Assembly (NCBI GenBank): GCA_035528435.1
Contig: DATKYN010000007.1
Coordinates: forward strand, 2,694-66,693
Direction of reading: 5' to 3'
From: Burkholderiales bacterium
GTDB taxonomy: Bacteria > Pseudomonadota > Gammaproteobacteria > Burkholderiales > Eutrophovitaceae
DNA length: 64,000 bases
Below the pieces are notes generated by a model. It had not been told where the DNA came from. It saw only the letters and a list, made by a program, of their open reading frames with translations, and did not search any database. This document shows, piece by piece, positions 18,755 to 27,985 of this stretch. Within the stretch, counting starts at the first letter, position 1, and every line of letters begins with the position of its first letter. The position numbers and the translations under genes were made by a program.

Positions 18755-19861
18755 ATGTCTGATCCGATCTGGCAGTTTTCGTTGCAAACGGTTCACGCGC
18801 TGATCTGGGGCGGGACTCTGTTTATCTCGCTGATTGTGTGTGTCCGTGCCGTTGGCTTCAGCAAGCTGGTCTATGCGACAACTTTGTTGACTTTCGTTCT
18901 GGTGGCCTTGGGCGCTTATGTGCGTTTGACCGATGCCGGGCTCGGCTGTCCTGACTGGCCGGGGTGTTACGGCAAGTTATCGCCTTTCCATGCGGAAACG
19001 GAAATTGATGACGCACAGCAGCTGTCGCCCGCTGGTCCGGTGTCCGCAACCAAAGCGTGGAACGAGATGTTGCACCGCTACCTCGCTTCTCTGGTTGGGG
19101 CGATGATTGTTGCGATCGTTGTGCAAGTGTTTCTTAAGCGCAGGCGATCTCAGTCTGATTCCTCTGATCCGGGGAAGGCAATTGGGCTGCCGTTGCTGCT
19201 GCTCGGATTCGTCATATTGCAGGGCTTGTTCGGGAAATGGACTGTCACTCTGCTTCTTAAACCTGCCATCGTCACTCTGCACTTGCTGGGTGGAATGGTC
19301 ATACTCGCCATGCTTGCCTGGCTAAGTGCCCGCCAGCTTCGACTCGCCGGCGCGCGCCGGCCGGCCGAGGCTCGCCGGTTACGGCCATGGGCAATCCTGG
19401 CTATTTTTATCGTCTTTGGGCAGATCGCACTCGGTGGTTGGGTTAGCACCAATTACGCTGCGCTGGCGTGCATCGATTTTCCAACGTGCCATGGTGAATG
19501 GTTGCCGGATATGGATTTTGGTCACGGCTTCCAGCTGCGGCGTGAGTTGGGCATGACGGCTCAAGGCGAACCATTGTCGAATGCATCGTTGAACGCGATC
19601 CATTGGGCGCACCGGGTCGGCGCGCTCGTGCTCACGGTTTATCTGGGGATAATGGCTTACGCAGCGGCTGCAATGACGGGGTTGCGCCGCTATGCATGGG
19701 CGTTGGGTGCGGCATTGGTGCTGCAAATCGGTCTTGGCATATCGAATGTGCTGGCGATGTTACCGCTGCCGCTTGCCGTAGCCCACAATGCCGGGGCGGC
19801 GCTGTTGCTGATCACGGTCGTGGTGCTAAACTTTGCACTCCGTCAGGAGTCTCCCCGGTAA
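18755..19861 (+). CDS. ctaA: Heme A synthase (COX15/CtaA)
   Basis: 368-aa polytopic protein with GCPDWPGC and …HR… motifs typical of COX15/CtaA. Confidence 0.9.
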   Translation: MSDPIWQFSLQTVHALIWGGTLFISLIVCVRAVGFSKLVYATTLLTFVLVALGAYVRLTDAGLGCPDWPGCYGKLSPFHAETEIDDAQQLSPAGPVSATKAWNEMLHRYLASLVGAMIVAIVVQVFLKRRRSQSDSSDPGKAIGLPLLLLGFVILQGLFGKWTVTLLLKPAIVTLHLLGGMVILAMLAWLSARQLRLAGARRPAEARRLRPWAILAIFIVFGQIALGGWVSTNYAALACIDFPTCHGEWLPDMDFGHGFQLRRELGMTAQGEPLSNASLNAIHWAHRVGALVLTVYLGIMAYAAAAMTGLRRYAWALGAALVLQIGLGISNVLAMLPLPLAVAHNAGAALLLITVVVLNFALRQESPR

Positions 19862-20764
19862 ATGTCGGTATCCACCTACCCCTCGCAACTAGCCTCGCGC
19901 CTTGAGCATTATTTGCAGCTGACCAAGCCGCGGGTTGTTGCCTTGATTGTCTTCACGGCGATTATCGGCATGTTGCTCTCGACCGATGGGCCTGTGCCGC
20001 TGCCAATTCTGCTGTTCGGCTCGCTCGGGATCTGGCTGGTTGCAGGTGCGGCAGCGGCGGTGAACTGTCTGGTTGAGCAAAAGATCGATGCCCTGATGGC
20101 GCGCACCCGCGGGCGGCCCTTGCCGCTGGGTTCGGTTTCAACACCCGAGACGCTGATTTTTTCTGGCGTGGTCGGAGGTGCGGGTCTGGCGACGCTTTAC
20201 GTGTTGGTGAACCCTTTGACCATGTGGTTAACGCTTGCGACCTTCGTTGGCTACGCGATCATCTACACCGTCATACTCAAACCGCTGACACCACAGAATA
20301 TTGTGATTGGCGGTGCTTCCGGCGCGATGCCCCCGGTATTGGGATGGGCGGCCGTAACCGGTGGGATTTCGCATGAGGCCTGGCTGCTGTTTCTGATTAT
20401 ATTTGCCTGGACACCACCCCATTTCTGGGCGCTGGCGCTTTACCGCAAGCACGAGTATGCGAAAGCGGATGTTCCGATGCTGCCGGTTACGCACGGGGAC
20501 AAGTTCACCCGTCTGCATGTGCTGCTCTACACCATGATCCTTTTTGCCGTGTCACTGCTGCCGTTCGCGGTCCGCATGAGTGGTTGGCTGTATGCAGTTG
20601 GCGCAGTCATACTGGGTGGAGTATTTCTCTATTACGCTTTTCGAATATGGCTTGCTTACAGCGACGCGCTTGCACGGCAGACCTTTCGATATTCGATCAT
20701 CTATCTCGCGCTGTTATTCGCGATTCTGCTGCTCGATCATTATCTGCTGGTTGGCCATACGTGA
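19862..20764 (+). CDS. cyoE: Protoheme IX farnesyltransferase (heme O synthase)
   Basis: UbiA-family polytopic protein with motifs …[21 protein letters not shown]… and …[11 protein letters not shown]…. It starts 1 nt after the ctaA stop. Confidence 0.93.
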   Translation: MSVSTYPSQLASRLEHYLQLTKPRVVALIVFTAIIGMLLSTDGPVPLPILLFGSLGIWLVAGAAAAVNCLVEQKIDALMARTRGRPLPLGSVSTPETLIFSGVVGGAGLATLYVLVNPLTMWLTLATFVGYAIIYTVILKPLTPQNIVIGGASGAMPPVLGWAAVTGGISHEAWLLFLIIFAWTPPHFWALALYRKHEYAKADVPMLPVTHGDKFTRLHVLLYTMILFAVSLLPFAVRMSGWLYAVGAVILGGVFLYYAFRIWLAYSDALARQTFRYSIIYLALLFAILLLDHYLLVGHT

Positions 20765-20774
20765 TGGCTTGCGA

Positions 20775-21398
20775 GTGTTTTTCCTGCCGGCTGTGAGGTC
20801 TTTGCGACGTCTTTTGCTGGTCGGTGCGGCCTTGAGTGTTGCCTGGCTTGCCGGCTGCAACCAGCAGGGCGACTCGGCTGCGTTTAATTCGACAGATATC
20901 ACGGGGGCCGAATTTGGTAACCGGTTCGATCTCGTCGATCACCGTGGTGAGGCGCGCCAACTGGACGACTTTCGCGGAAAAGTCGTCGTGCTGTTTTTCG
21001 GTTTTACCCATTGTCCGGATGTATGTCCGACGACGCTGGCTGAATTCAATGCCGTCCTTGGTCAGATTGGCGACGAGGCAGCGCAACGTGTACAGGTATT
21101 GTTCGTAACCGTCGATCCGGAACGCGACACGCCGGAAGTGCTCAGCTCGTATGTCACCGCATTCAATCCCGGCTTTCTTGGTTTGACTGGCACACCGGAG
21201 CAGATCGCCGATGTTGCCCAGGAATTCAGGATTATCTACAAGAAAGTGGAAGGTTCGCGCCCGGGTAATTATTCGGTCGATCACTCGGCTGGAACCTATA
21301 TTTTTGACACCCAGGGTCGGCTGCGCTTGTATGCGAGGTATGGTCAGGGGCACGAGTCATTGGCGCAGGATATCGAGCGACTGCTTGGCGCTGGCTGA
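20775..21398 (+). CDS. SCO1/SenC family copper chaperone (lipoprotein)
   Basis: Lipobox LSVAWLAGC and the SCO motif FGFTHCPDVCP, plus …VDHSAGTYIFD…. The start is uncertain: GTG 20775 or GTG 20793 (MRSLRRLLLVG…). The track start at 20580 would overlap cyoE by 185 nt. Confidence 0.88.
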   Translation: MFFLPAVRSLRRLLLVGAALSVAWLAGCNQQGDSAAFNSTDITGAEFGNRFDLVDHRGEARQLDDFRGKVVVLFFGFTHCPDVCPTTLAEFNAVLGQIGDEAAQRVQVLFVTVDPERDTPEVLSSYVTAFNPGFLGLTGTPEQIADVAQEFRIIYKKVEGSRPGNYSVDHSAGTYIFDTQGRLRLYARYGQGHESLAQDIERLLGAG

Positions 21399-21416
21399 GC
21401 GAGTCCGTCGACAAAA

Positions 21417-21438
21417 AAACCCGCCATCAGGCGGGTTT
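21417..21438. terminator. Bidirectional rho-independent terminator (SCO1 / rpoH convergent)
   Basis: AAACCCGCC-ATCA-GGCGGGTTT hairpin flanked by an A-run on the left and TTCTT on the right, between convergent genes. Confidence 0.7.
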
Positions 21439-21468
21439 CTTGGACCAGGGTGGCAGTCGTCAGGATAG

Positions 21469-22326
21469 TCAGTCGGTAGCCGGCGCCATCAGCAGCCGCA
21501 TTTTTTTCATTGCCTGGGCTTCAACCTGCCGTACGCGTTCTGCCGAAATGCCGAACTCGTCGGCCAACTTATGCAATGTGACCGGGTTCTCTTCACGCAG
21601 CCAGCGTGCCTCGATAATTCTGCGGCTGCGCGCATCAAGCGTGGAAAGGGCCTGTGCCAGACCTTCCGATCGATTACGGGTACCTTCCTCGTGTTCCAGA
21701 ATGCGACCCGGATCGTCTTCGATATCCGTCAAATAGGAGACGGGAGCGAAATGATCCTCATCGTCCTCTCCCGGTGGATCCAGCGCAATGTCGTGCCCAC
21801 CCATCCGCGTTTCCATTTCAACGACATCTTCAGGGCGAACGTTCAGTTCCTTCGCGATGGCTGCCGCTTCTTCGCCCCCGAGCGCGCCAAACCCGGACTT
21901 CATGCTACGCAGGTTGAAGAAGAGCTTTCGCTGCGCTTTGGTTGTGGCGACTTTGACGATGCGCCAGTTACGCAGTACGAATTCATGTATCTCGGCGCGG
22001 ATCCAGTGAACCGCAAACGAGACCAGGCGCACGCCCCTCGTCGGATCAAAACGCTTGACAGCTTTCATCAAGCCAACATTGCCCTCCTGAATCAGATCCG
22101 AGTAGGGCAACCCGTAGCCGCGGTAACCGCGAGCAATCGCGACCACAAGCCGTAAATGCGACAAAATCAGGGCGCGGGCCCCATCGAGATCCTGGTCCTG
22201 CTGAAAGCGGGTCGCATAGGACTGTTCTTCCGCCTGGGATAACAGCGGAATCCGGTTCACGGCCTGAATGTAGTTGTCCAGACTGGCGACCGACGGCAAT
22301 GCCAATGTTGCTAGTGCATGCGTCAT
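21469..22326 (-). CDS. rpoH: RNA polymerase sigma-32 factor RpoH
   Basis: Sigma-70 family regions 2-4 are present, and the RpoH box-like segment (…QRKLFFNLRSMK…) is recognisable. ATG 22326 is preceded by TAAGGAGG. The track start at 22365 lacks an RBS. Confidence 0.93.
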   Translation of the reverse strand: MTHALATLALPSVASLDNYIQAVNRIPLLSQAEEQSYATRFQQDQDLDGARALILSHLRLVVAIARGYRGYGLPYSDLIQEGNVGLMKAVKRFDPTRGVRLVSFAVHWIRAEIHEFVLRNWRIVKVATTKAQRKLFFNLRSMKSGFGALGGEEAAAIAKELNVRPEDVVEMETRMGGHDIALDPPGEDDEDHFAPVSYLTDIEDDPGRILEHEEGTRNRSEGLAQALSTLDARSRRIIEARWLREENPVTLHKLADEFGISAERVRQVEAQAMKKMRLLMAPATD

Positions 22327-22365
22327 GTGTTTGAACCTCCTTATCAAGCCAATTTTAGCACTCAA

Positions 22366-22398
22366 GCTATAAGAGTGCCAAGATCCGCTACGAGTTCC
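22366..22398 (-). promoter_or_regulatory. Candidate rpoH promoter: sigma-E-type GAACTC-N17-TCTTA overlapping a sigma-54-like TGGCAC-N5-TAGC
   Basis: The minus strand reads …GGGAACTCgtagcggatcttggcacTCTTAtaGCttg…. GAACTC lies at 22397-22392 and TCTTA at 22374-22370. TGGCACTCTTATAGC lies at 22380-22366. The RBS and ATG follow about 25-40 nt downstream. Confidence 0.35.
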
Positions 22399-22417
22399 CG
22401 CGAGACCGATAAACCCT

Positions 22418-23323
22418 CTATTTTGGGTCCATTTTCCATAAGTGGCGACTTACTGACATCCAGGCGCCCAACCAGCCGAGCAGGCCCGCGAGTGCCAGCA
22501 ATACCGTAGTCTGTTGGAGCGACATCAGGCCCAGACGCGGACTCAGGCCGAACAAGTCACCGAATGCCGCCAATTCACGATTCAGCAGGCGCACGGCGAT
22601 TGCGACGATCAACCACGCTGCCCCGCCACCCAGCAAACCTTGCAGGCCGCCGAGGTAAAGAAATGGCCGCCGGATAAACAGATTGGTGGCGCCGATCAGC
22701 TTGGAAACCTCGATCTCGTCGCGCCGTGTAAGAATTTGGAGTCGAATCGTATTAAAAGTGACGGCAACCAGCGCAATTGATAGCAGCACCCCAAGCAAGA
22801 TGACCAATAACCTTCCGATCCGCAGCGCTGCGTCAAGTTTGCGCGCCCACGCGGAGTCGAGCTGGACATGCTCCACCTGGGGCCAGGTCAATGCCTCATT
22901 GCGCAACGCTTCAAGCAGGTCAGGGTCAGCTGTTTTTCCTGAAACGATAAATGCGTGCGGTAATGGATTCTCATCGAGTTCGGACAACACGTCCGACATT
23001 CCGGAGGCGCGCGTAAGCTCATCCAGTGCGATACTGCGATCGACAAAGCGGAAATCGCCGACAAAATCGTGGCGGCGTAGCCGGTCTTTGATTGCGTTGA
23101 CATCGTTGCCGCTCGCATTCACCGTCAAGAACAGGCTCAGTTGCGGCTCGCTGGTCAGTTGGCGGGAAAAACGTGCGACATTGTCCAGCCCGACGTAGAA
23201 GCCGCTGGGCAGCGCCAATGCGATCCCGAACACCAAGACGTTGAGCAGCGTGGCCAAAGGCTGTCCCAGCAGCCGGCGCGCACTGTCCCGAAAAGCGTCC
23301 AGGTGGGCAAACAGCCAATTCAC
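22418..23323 (-). CDS. ftsX: Cell division permease-like protein FtsX
   Basis: 301 aa with 4 TM and a large periplasmic loop. 4-nt overlap with ftsE, in the canonical ftsYEX order. Confidence 0.92.
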   Translation of the reverse strand: MNWLFAHLDAFRDSARRLLGQPLATLLNVLVFGIALALPSGFYVGLDNVARFSRQLTSEPQLSLFLTVNASGNDVNAIKDRLRRHDFVGDFRFVDRSIALDELTRASGMSDVLSELDENPLPHAFIVSGKTADPDLLEALRNEALTWPQVEHVQLDSAWARKLDAALRIGRLLVILLGVLLSIALVAVTFNTIRLQILTRRDEIEVSKLIGATNLFIRRPFLYLGGLQGLLGGGAAWLIVAIAVRLLNRELAAFGDLFGLSPRLGLMSLQQTTVLLALAGLLGWLGAWMSVSRHLWKMDPK

Positions 23324-23973
23324 GCCGCAAGTGCTCCATGATCAAGGCGAACTGTGCGCGCCCCCAAACCCTGAATCAGATCAAGATCGTGTGTGGCGAT
23401 GACGACCGTCACACCAACCTGGTTGAACGCCTTGAACATGGCAATAATCTCCTCGCCATAGGCTGCATCCAGATTGCCGGTTGGTTCGTCGGCGAGCAGA
23501 ATTGCCGGGCGGTTGACGATTGCGCGCGCGATGCAAAGGCGTTGTTGTTCGCCTCCTGAGAGCGTTACCGGGCGCACTCTCTCCCGATCCAGAAGTCCGA
23601 CCTTGTCAAGCGCCGCGCGCACCCGCCGTGAAATTTCCCGCCTGGGGAATCCGGAGATAACAAGGGGCAATGCTGCGTTATCGTAAACACTGCGATCGAA
23701 CAGGAGTTTGTGGTCCTGGAAGATAAAGCCGAAATTCCTGCGCAGAAACGGCAGAGAGGGTGCCCCCATCGTGGTGATGTTCTTGCCGTTGATGACCACA
23801 CTGCCACCGGTCGGGCGTTCGATGCCGCCGATGAGCTTCAGAAGCGTGCTTTTTCCCGCGCCAGAGTGACCGGTAACAAATAACATTTCTCCGGGTTCGA
23901 CGCGCATCGATACGTTCTTGAGCGCCTCATATCCCCCCGGGTAACGTTTTGAAATGTGGCTGACGGTGATCAT
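23320..23973 (-). CDS. ftsE: Cell division ATP-binding protein FtsE
   Basis: ABC ATPase with Walker A GHSGAGKST, signature LSGGEQQR and Walker B ILLADEP. Confidence 0.95.
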   Translation of the reverse strand: MITVSHISKRYPGGYEALKNVSMRVEPGEMLFVTGHSGAGKSTLLKLIGGIERPTGGSVVINGKNITTMGAPSLPFLRRNFGFIFQDHKLLFDRSVYDNAALPLVISGFPRREISRRVRAALDKVGLLDRERVRPVTLSGGEQQRLCIARAIVNRPAILLADEPTGNLDAAYGEEIIAMFKAFNQVGVTVVIATHDLDLIQGLGARTVRLDHGALAA

Positions 23974-24036
23974 AAGTGGATTTCGCGGTGCGCCCGGCAG
24001 CAGCAGGAGCCTGCTTTGATCTCCGCTTGCCCGCGC

Positions 24037-25020
24037 TTAACCGAACAGTGCATCGACGAACGCGGCCGCGTCAAACGCTCTGAGGTCATCGATACCTTCG
24101 CCGGTTCCGATAAAGCGAACAGGAATAGACCGATAACGGGCGATGCCGGCGATTGCCCCGCCTTTGGCGGTCCCGTCAAGTTTGGTCAGAATCAACCCCG
24201 TCGTGCCGAGAGCCTCGTCAAATGCCTTGACTTGTGTCACAGCGTTCTGCCCTGTGTTGGCATCGAGAACAAGCAATACCTCGTGCGGTGCATCCGGTAT
24301 CGCCTTGGAAATCACGCGTTTGACTTTCTTGAGTTCTTCCATGAGGTGCAGCTGGGTCGGAAGGCGGCCGGCGGTATCTGCCAGAACGACGTCGGCGCCC
24401 TTCGATTTTGCCGACTGAATTGCGTCGAAGATCACGGCGGCCGAATCACCCCCTTCCTGGGCAATTACGGTGACCTCGTTGCGCTCGCCCCAGATTCTGA
24501 GTTGTTGCTCAGCAGCGGCGCGAAACGTATCACCGGCGGCCAGCACAACCGTAAGGCCTGCATCGACCAGTTTCTTGGTCAGTTTGCCAATCGAGGTGGT
24601 CTTGCCGGCGCCGTTTACGCCTGCCAGCAGAATGACGAATGGTTTCGCCGTATTGACCTGCAGAGGCGCCTCAAGCGGGGCCAGCAATTGCAGCAGTTCG
24701 CTCTTCAGCGCGTCACGAACGCCGGCAGCTTCGGTGATTCGCGCGCGCTTGACATGCTTGCGGGTAGCGTCTACCAGGTACTGCGTGGCATCGACTCCAA
24801 CGTCGCAGGTCAACAGTACCGTCTCGAGTTCTTCAAACAACTCATCGTCGATCGCTCTGCCCGGGGCAAGCAGTACCGTCAAGCCCTTCCCGAGCCGGTC
24901 GCGTGTTGCGCTGAGACTCTGCTTTAACCGCCCTGCCAACGACTTCTTCGGGGCGGCGACATCTTGCTCATTCGCCGTGTCCGGTTCCGGCGCCTTGTTA
25001 CTTCTCAGGAAACTAAACAT
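24037..25020 (-). CDS. ftsY: Signal recognition particle receptor FtsY
   Basis: NG domain with GVNGAGKTTS, DTAGR and TKLDG motifs. The acidic A-domain is short (327 aa total). Confidence 0.95.
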   Translation of the reverse strand: MFSFLRSNKAPEPDTANEQDVAAPKKSLAGRLKQSLSATRDRLGKGLTVLLAPGRAIDDELFEELETVLLTCDVGVDATQYLVDATRKHVKRARITEAAGVRDALKSELLQLLAPLEAPLQVNTAKPFVILLAGVNGAGKTTSIGKLTKKLVDAGLTVVLAAGDTFRAAAEQQLRIWGERNEVTVIAQEGGDSAAVIFDAIQSAKSKGADVVLADTAGRLPTQLHLMEELKKVKRVISKAIPDAPHEVLLVLDANTGQNAVTQVKAFDEALGTTGLILTKLDGTAKGGAIAGIARYRSIPVRFIGTGEGIDDLRAFDAAAFVDALFG

Positions 25021-25120
25021 ACTGTTCCAGTGTCACATCCGTTCATCTGCGTCTGCGCTGTTGTGCGTCCCGCACAGCAGATTATCGCGATGCGATCATT
25101 CAATCCAAAATTTTCGACGT

Positions 25121-26602
25121 ATGATTCTATTCCGTTTGAGCCGTTCAAGTTTGCCGCTTTTCCACTCTTCAGTGTTTGCCCCGGCCCGGTCTGACCGCAA
25201 GCAGGTTCCGTCCTGCCGCCGATTGCTTGCAGTTGGTGCCATCTTGCTGATGATGCTGCCGGTGGTGTTTCTGCCCCCGGTAGTGCATGCCGCCGATGCG
25301 TCTGTCCACAGCAAGATCCTGGAAAACGGTCTCGAGGTATTCGTAAAGGTCGATAACCGCGCCCCAGTGGCGGTGTCCATGGTGTGGTATCGAGCCGGCG
25401 GGATAGACGAAACCAGCGGCACGACCGGCGTGGCGCACGTACTTGAGCACATGATGTTTCAGGGCACGGTGGAAACTGCGCCCGGAGAGTTCGCACGAAT
25501 GATCGCAGAAGTCGGCGGGCGTTCCAACGCGTTTACTGCGGCTGATTACACCGGCTACTTCCAGGAGCTGCACAAGTCCAACCTTGAACTGGCGTTGCGG
25601 CTTGAAGCGGACCGGATGATTAACTTGAATCTGGACGATCAGGAGTTCGCCAAGGAGCTGCGTGTTGTGATGGAGGAGCGCCGCCAGCGTGTCGACGACA
25701 ATCCCCGAGCCATGGTCTTTGAGCGTTTGAGCGCAGCGATGTACGTAGCGCACCCGTACCGTCAGCCTGTTGTCGGCTGGATGAGCGACCTGGAAAATAT
25801 GCAGCTGAGCGACGCACGCGAGTGGTATGACAAGTGGTATGTGCCGAATAATGCGGTTCTGGTCGTTGCCGGAGATGTAAACCCGCAGGCCGTGTTCTCG
25901 CTCGCGGAGAAGTATTTCGGGCCGATCGAAGCGCGGCCACTGCCGTTACGGAAACCGCAGACGGAGCCCGAGCAAACAGGAATTCGGCGCGTTACTGTAA
26001 AAGCGCCGGCCCGATTGCCGTCGATGACGATGGCTTACCACGCTCCCAGACTGGCTGATGTGCACGGCGATTGGGAGCCGTACGCGCTGTCGATTCTTGC
26101 CGGCGTCCTCGATGGCTACGCGGCGGCCCGGCTCGAGCGGGAATTGGTCCGCAACGCGCGTGTTGCCAACTCGGTCAGCTCTGATTACGACGGTCTCAGA
26201 CGCGGCCCAGGCGTTTTTTATGTCAGCTTTACACCCGCAAACGGCAAGACGGTCGAAGATGTTGAGCTTGCGTGGCGCGAACAACTTGCCTTGTTGATCG
26301 ACGAAGGTGTCAGCGATGAAGAATTGCGCCGCGTCAAGTCGCAGGTCGTTGCTTCACAGGTTTATAGCCAGGATTCTGTGTACGGACAGGCATCCCGAAT
26401 TGGGAGGATGCGCTCGCTGGGCCTGCCCTACGATGCCGCGACGAGCATTACACAGCGTTTACGAGAAGTAACCGCTGAGCAGGTGCAGGCCGTTGCTAAA
26501 AAATTCCTGGTCGATGACAAACTCACGGTCTCGGTGCTGGAGCCTCAGAATTTGATGCAAGAGGCTAACGTCGATCATCTGAACAAGGCACAAAGCGAAT
26601 GA
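25121..26602 (+). CDS. M16 family zinc peptidase (catalytically competent subunit)
   Basis: Inverted zinc motif HVLEHMMFQG (HxxEH) and a signal-like N-terminus (…LLMMLPVVFLPPVVHAADA). The start is uncertain (ATG 25121 or GTG 25172). The 710-aa track ORF extends spuriously antisense into ftsY. Confidence 0.88.
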   Translation: MILFRLSRSSLPLFHSSVFAPARSDRKQVPSCRRLLAVGAILLMMLPVVFLPPVVHAADASVHSKILENGLEVFVKVDNRAPVAVSMVWYRAGGIDETSGTTGVAHVLEHMMFQGTVETAPGEFARMIAEVGGRSNAFTAADYTGYFQELHKSNLELALRLEADRMINLNLDDQEFAKELRVVMEERRQRVDDNPRAMVFERLSAAMYVAHPYRQPVVGWMSDLENMQLSDAREWYDKWYVPNNAVLVVAGDVNPQAVFSLAEKYFGPIEARPLPLRKPQTEPEQTGIRRVTVKAPARLPSMTMAYHAPRLADVHGDWEPYALSILAGVLDGYAAARLERELVRNARVANSVSSDYDGLRRGPGVFYVSFTPANGKTVEDVELAWREQLALLIDEGVSDEELRRVKSQVVASQVYSQDSVYGQASRIGRMRSLGLPYDAATSITQRLREVTAEQVQAVAKKFLVDDKLTVSVLEPQNLMQEANVDHLNKAQSE

Positions 26603-27984
26603 GTCTCGCATTGGACTTCCCGGTCAATATTTCTGACGCACATCTGATCCGGCGCATAGCAACCGGCAAAGCGATTTTGGTTCCTCTGCTTGCGGGAATG
26701 TTGTTCGCACTGTCTCTGCCTGCGCTGGCGGCCCTGGAAATCGAAAGCTGGACGACGGAAAATGGCGCTCGGGTTCTGTACCTTGAGTCGCGGGTTTTGC
26801 CGATTGTCGACGTATCGATTGAGTTCCCGGCCGGATCGAGTCGCGATCAGCCGGGGATGAGTGGGCTGGCAAGCATGACACTGGCGATGATGCGAAAAGG
26901 CACTCGTTCGTTCGATGAGAATCAGATTTCAGAACAGCTGGCCGGTATCGGGGCGCGACTTTCCAGCACATTCAATCCTGATCGGAGCGGGTTTGCATTG
27001 CGCACTCTTTCGGACGCCGATATTCGTGCCCCGGCTCTCGACGTGTTGCGCGAGATTCTCGTGTCGCCCGGCTTTCCGGAAGCGATTCTGGAGCGCGACA
27101 AAGCGCGCAATATTGCATTCATTGAAGAAAGCCAGACACGCCCGAATGTGATCGTTGCCCAGACGTTTCAGCAGCAGCTGTACGGGTCGCACCCGTATGG
27201 TTTGATCGGGTCCGGTAACCCCGAAACGATTACTGCGCTGACGCGTGATGATCTGCTTGATTTCCATCGGCGCTTTTTCGTCTCCGACGAAGCGGTGGTG
27301 GTTATTGTTGGCGACGTGTCCCGGGACGAAGCGCAATGGATTGCCCGGGACTTGACTAATGGTCTGCCGCAAGCCAGCTCTGCACTGTCTGATCTACCGG
27401 AAGTTCCGGAGCTGGCGGAGAGCATCGAGGTAGTGATTCCGCACAGCGCCAGTCAGGCGCATATTCGACTCGGCATGCCCGGCGTGTCCCGTGGTGACCC
27501 TGACTATTTCGCCTTGTGGTTGGCGGCCCAGATCCTGGGCGGAGGCGGCATGACCTCTATGCTCAACGATGAACTGAGGGAGAAGCGAGGCCTTACTTAC
27601 AGTGCCTACAGCTATTTTTCCCCTTATCTTCGCCGCGGGCCTTTTGTGATCAGCCTGCAGACTCGAAAAGATCAGGCATGGGAGGCACTCGACGTGGCAC
27701 TTGCCACGCTGGAAAAGCTGGTTGATGAAGGCCCGACCGAGGCGCAACTTCAGGCAGCCAAACGCTATGTAATCGGCGGTTTTGCCCTCAATATTGACAG
27801 CAACGCCGAATTGGCCAGCTACCTTGCCATGATTGGTTTCTACCGACTGCCTCTTGACTATATTGACCGGTTTCCGGAAGAGATAGAGAAGGTCACCATG
27901 CAACAGATCAGGGACGCACTTGGCCGTCGTCTCGCGCCCTCCCGGACAGTTACCGTTGTTGTGGGTCCGACGGCAAAACCGTGA
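26599..27984 (+). CDS. M16 family peptidase-like protein (no HxxEH motif; likely non-catalytic partner)
   Basis: 461 aa with M16 fold-like layout and a signal/TM region (AILVPLLAGMLFALSLPALAA). At the position where the upstream paralogue has HxxEH, this protein reads …SGLASMTLAMMRKGT…. 4-nt overlap with the upstream paralogue. Confidence 0.8.
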   Translation: MSLALDFPVNISDAHLIRRIATGKAILVPLLAGMLFALSLPALAALEIESWTTENGARVLYLESRVLPIVDVSIEFPAGSSRDQPGMSGLASMTLAMMRKGTRSFDENQISEQLAGIGARLSSTFNPDRSGFALRTLSDADIRAPALDVLREILVSPGFPEAILERDKARNIAFIEESQTRPNVIVAQTFQQQLYGSHPYGLIGSGNPETITALTRDDLLDFHRRFFVSDEAVVVIVGDVSRDEAQWIARDLTNGLPQASSALSDLPEVPELAESIEVVIPHSASQAHIRLGMPGVSRGDPDYFALWLAAQILGGGGMTSMLNDELREKRGLTYSAYSYFSPYLRRGPFVISLQTRKDQAWEALDVALATLEKLVDEGPTEAQLQAAKRYVIGGFALNIDSNAELASYLAMIGFYRLPLDYIDRFPEEIEKVTMQQIRDALGRRLAPSRTVTVVVGPTAKP

Positions 27985-27985
27985 C

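Noticed and set aside
20580-20774. Long N-terminal extension of the SCO1 ORF
   Set aside because: It would overlap cyoE/ctaB by 185 nt. The lipoprotein signal peptide begins only after the cyoE stop.
23956-24927. 323-aa plus-strand ORF opposite ftsY
   Set aside because: It is entirely antisense to a confidently identified ftsY, has no recognisable motifs, and is typical of stop-poor antisense frames in GC-rich genes.
24470-25120. N-terminal 217 aa of the 710-aa plus-strand ORF (24470..26602)
   Set aside because: This part runs antisense through ftsY and has a Ser/Ala/Arg-rich low-complexity translation. The peptidase homology, including the signal peptide, only begins after about 25121.
25021-25120. 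10-bp imperfect hairpin (CTGTTGTGCG-TCC-CGCACAGCAG) in the ftsY / M16 divergent promoter region as a regulatory element
   Set aside because: It is a single short stem with one mismatch, and I recognise no operator consensus in it. This is not enough evidence to call a site.
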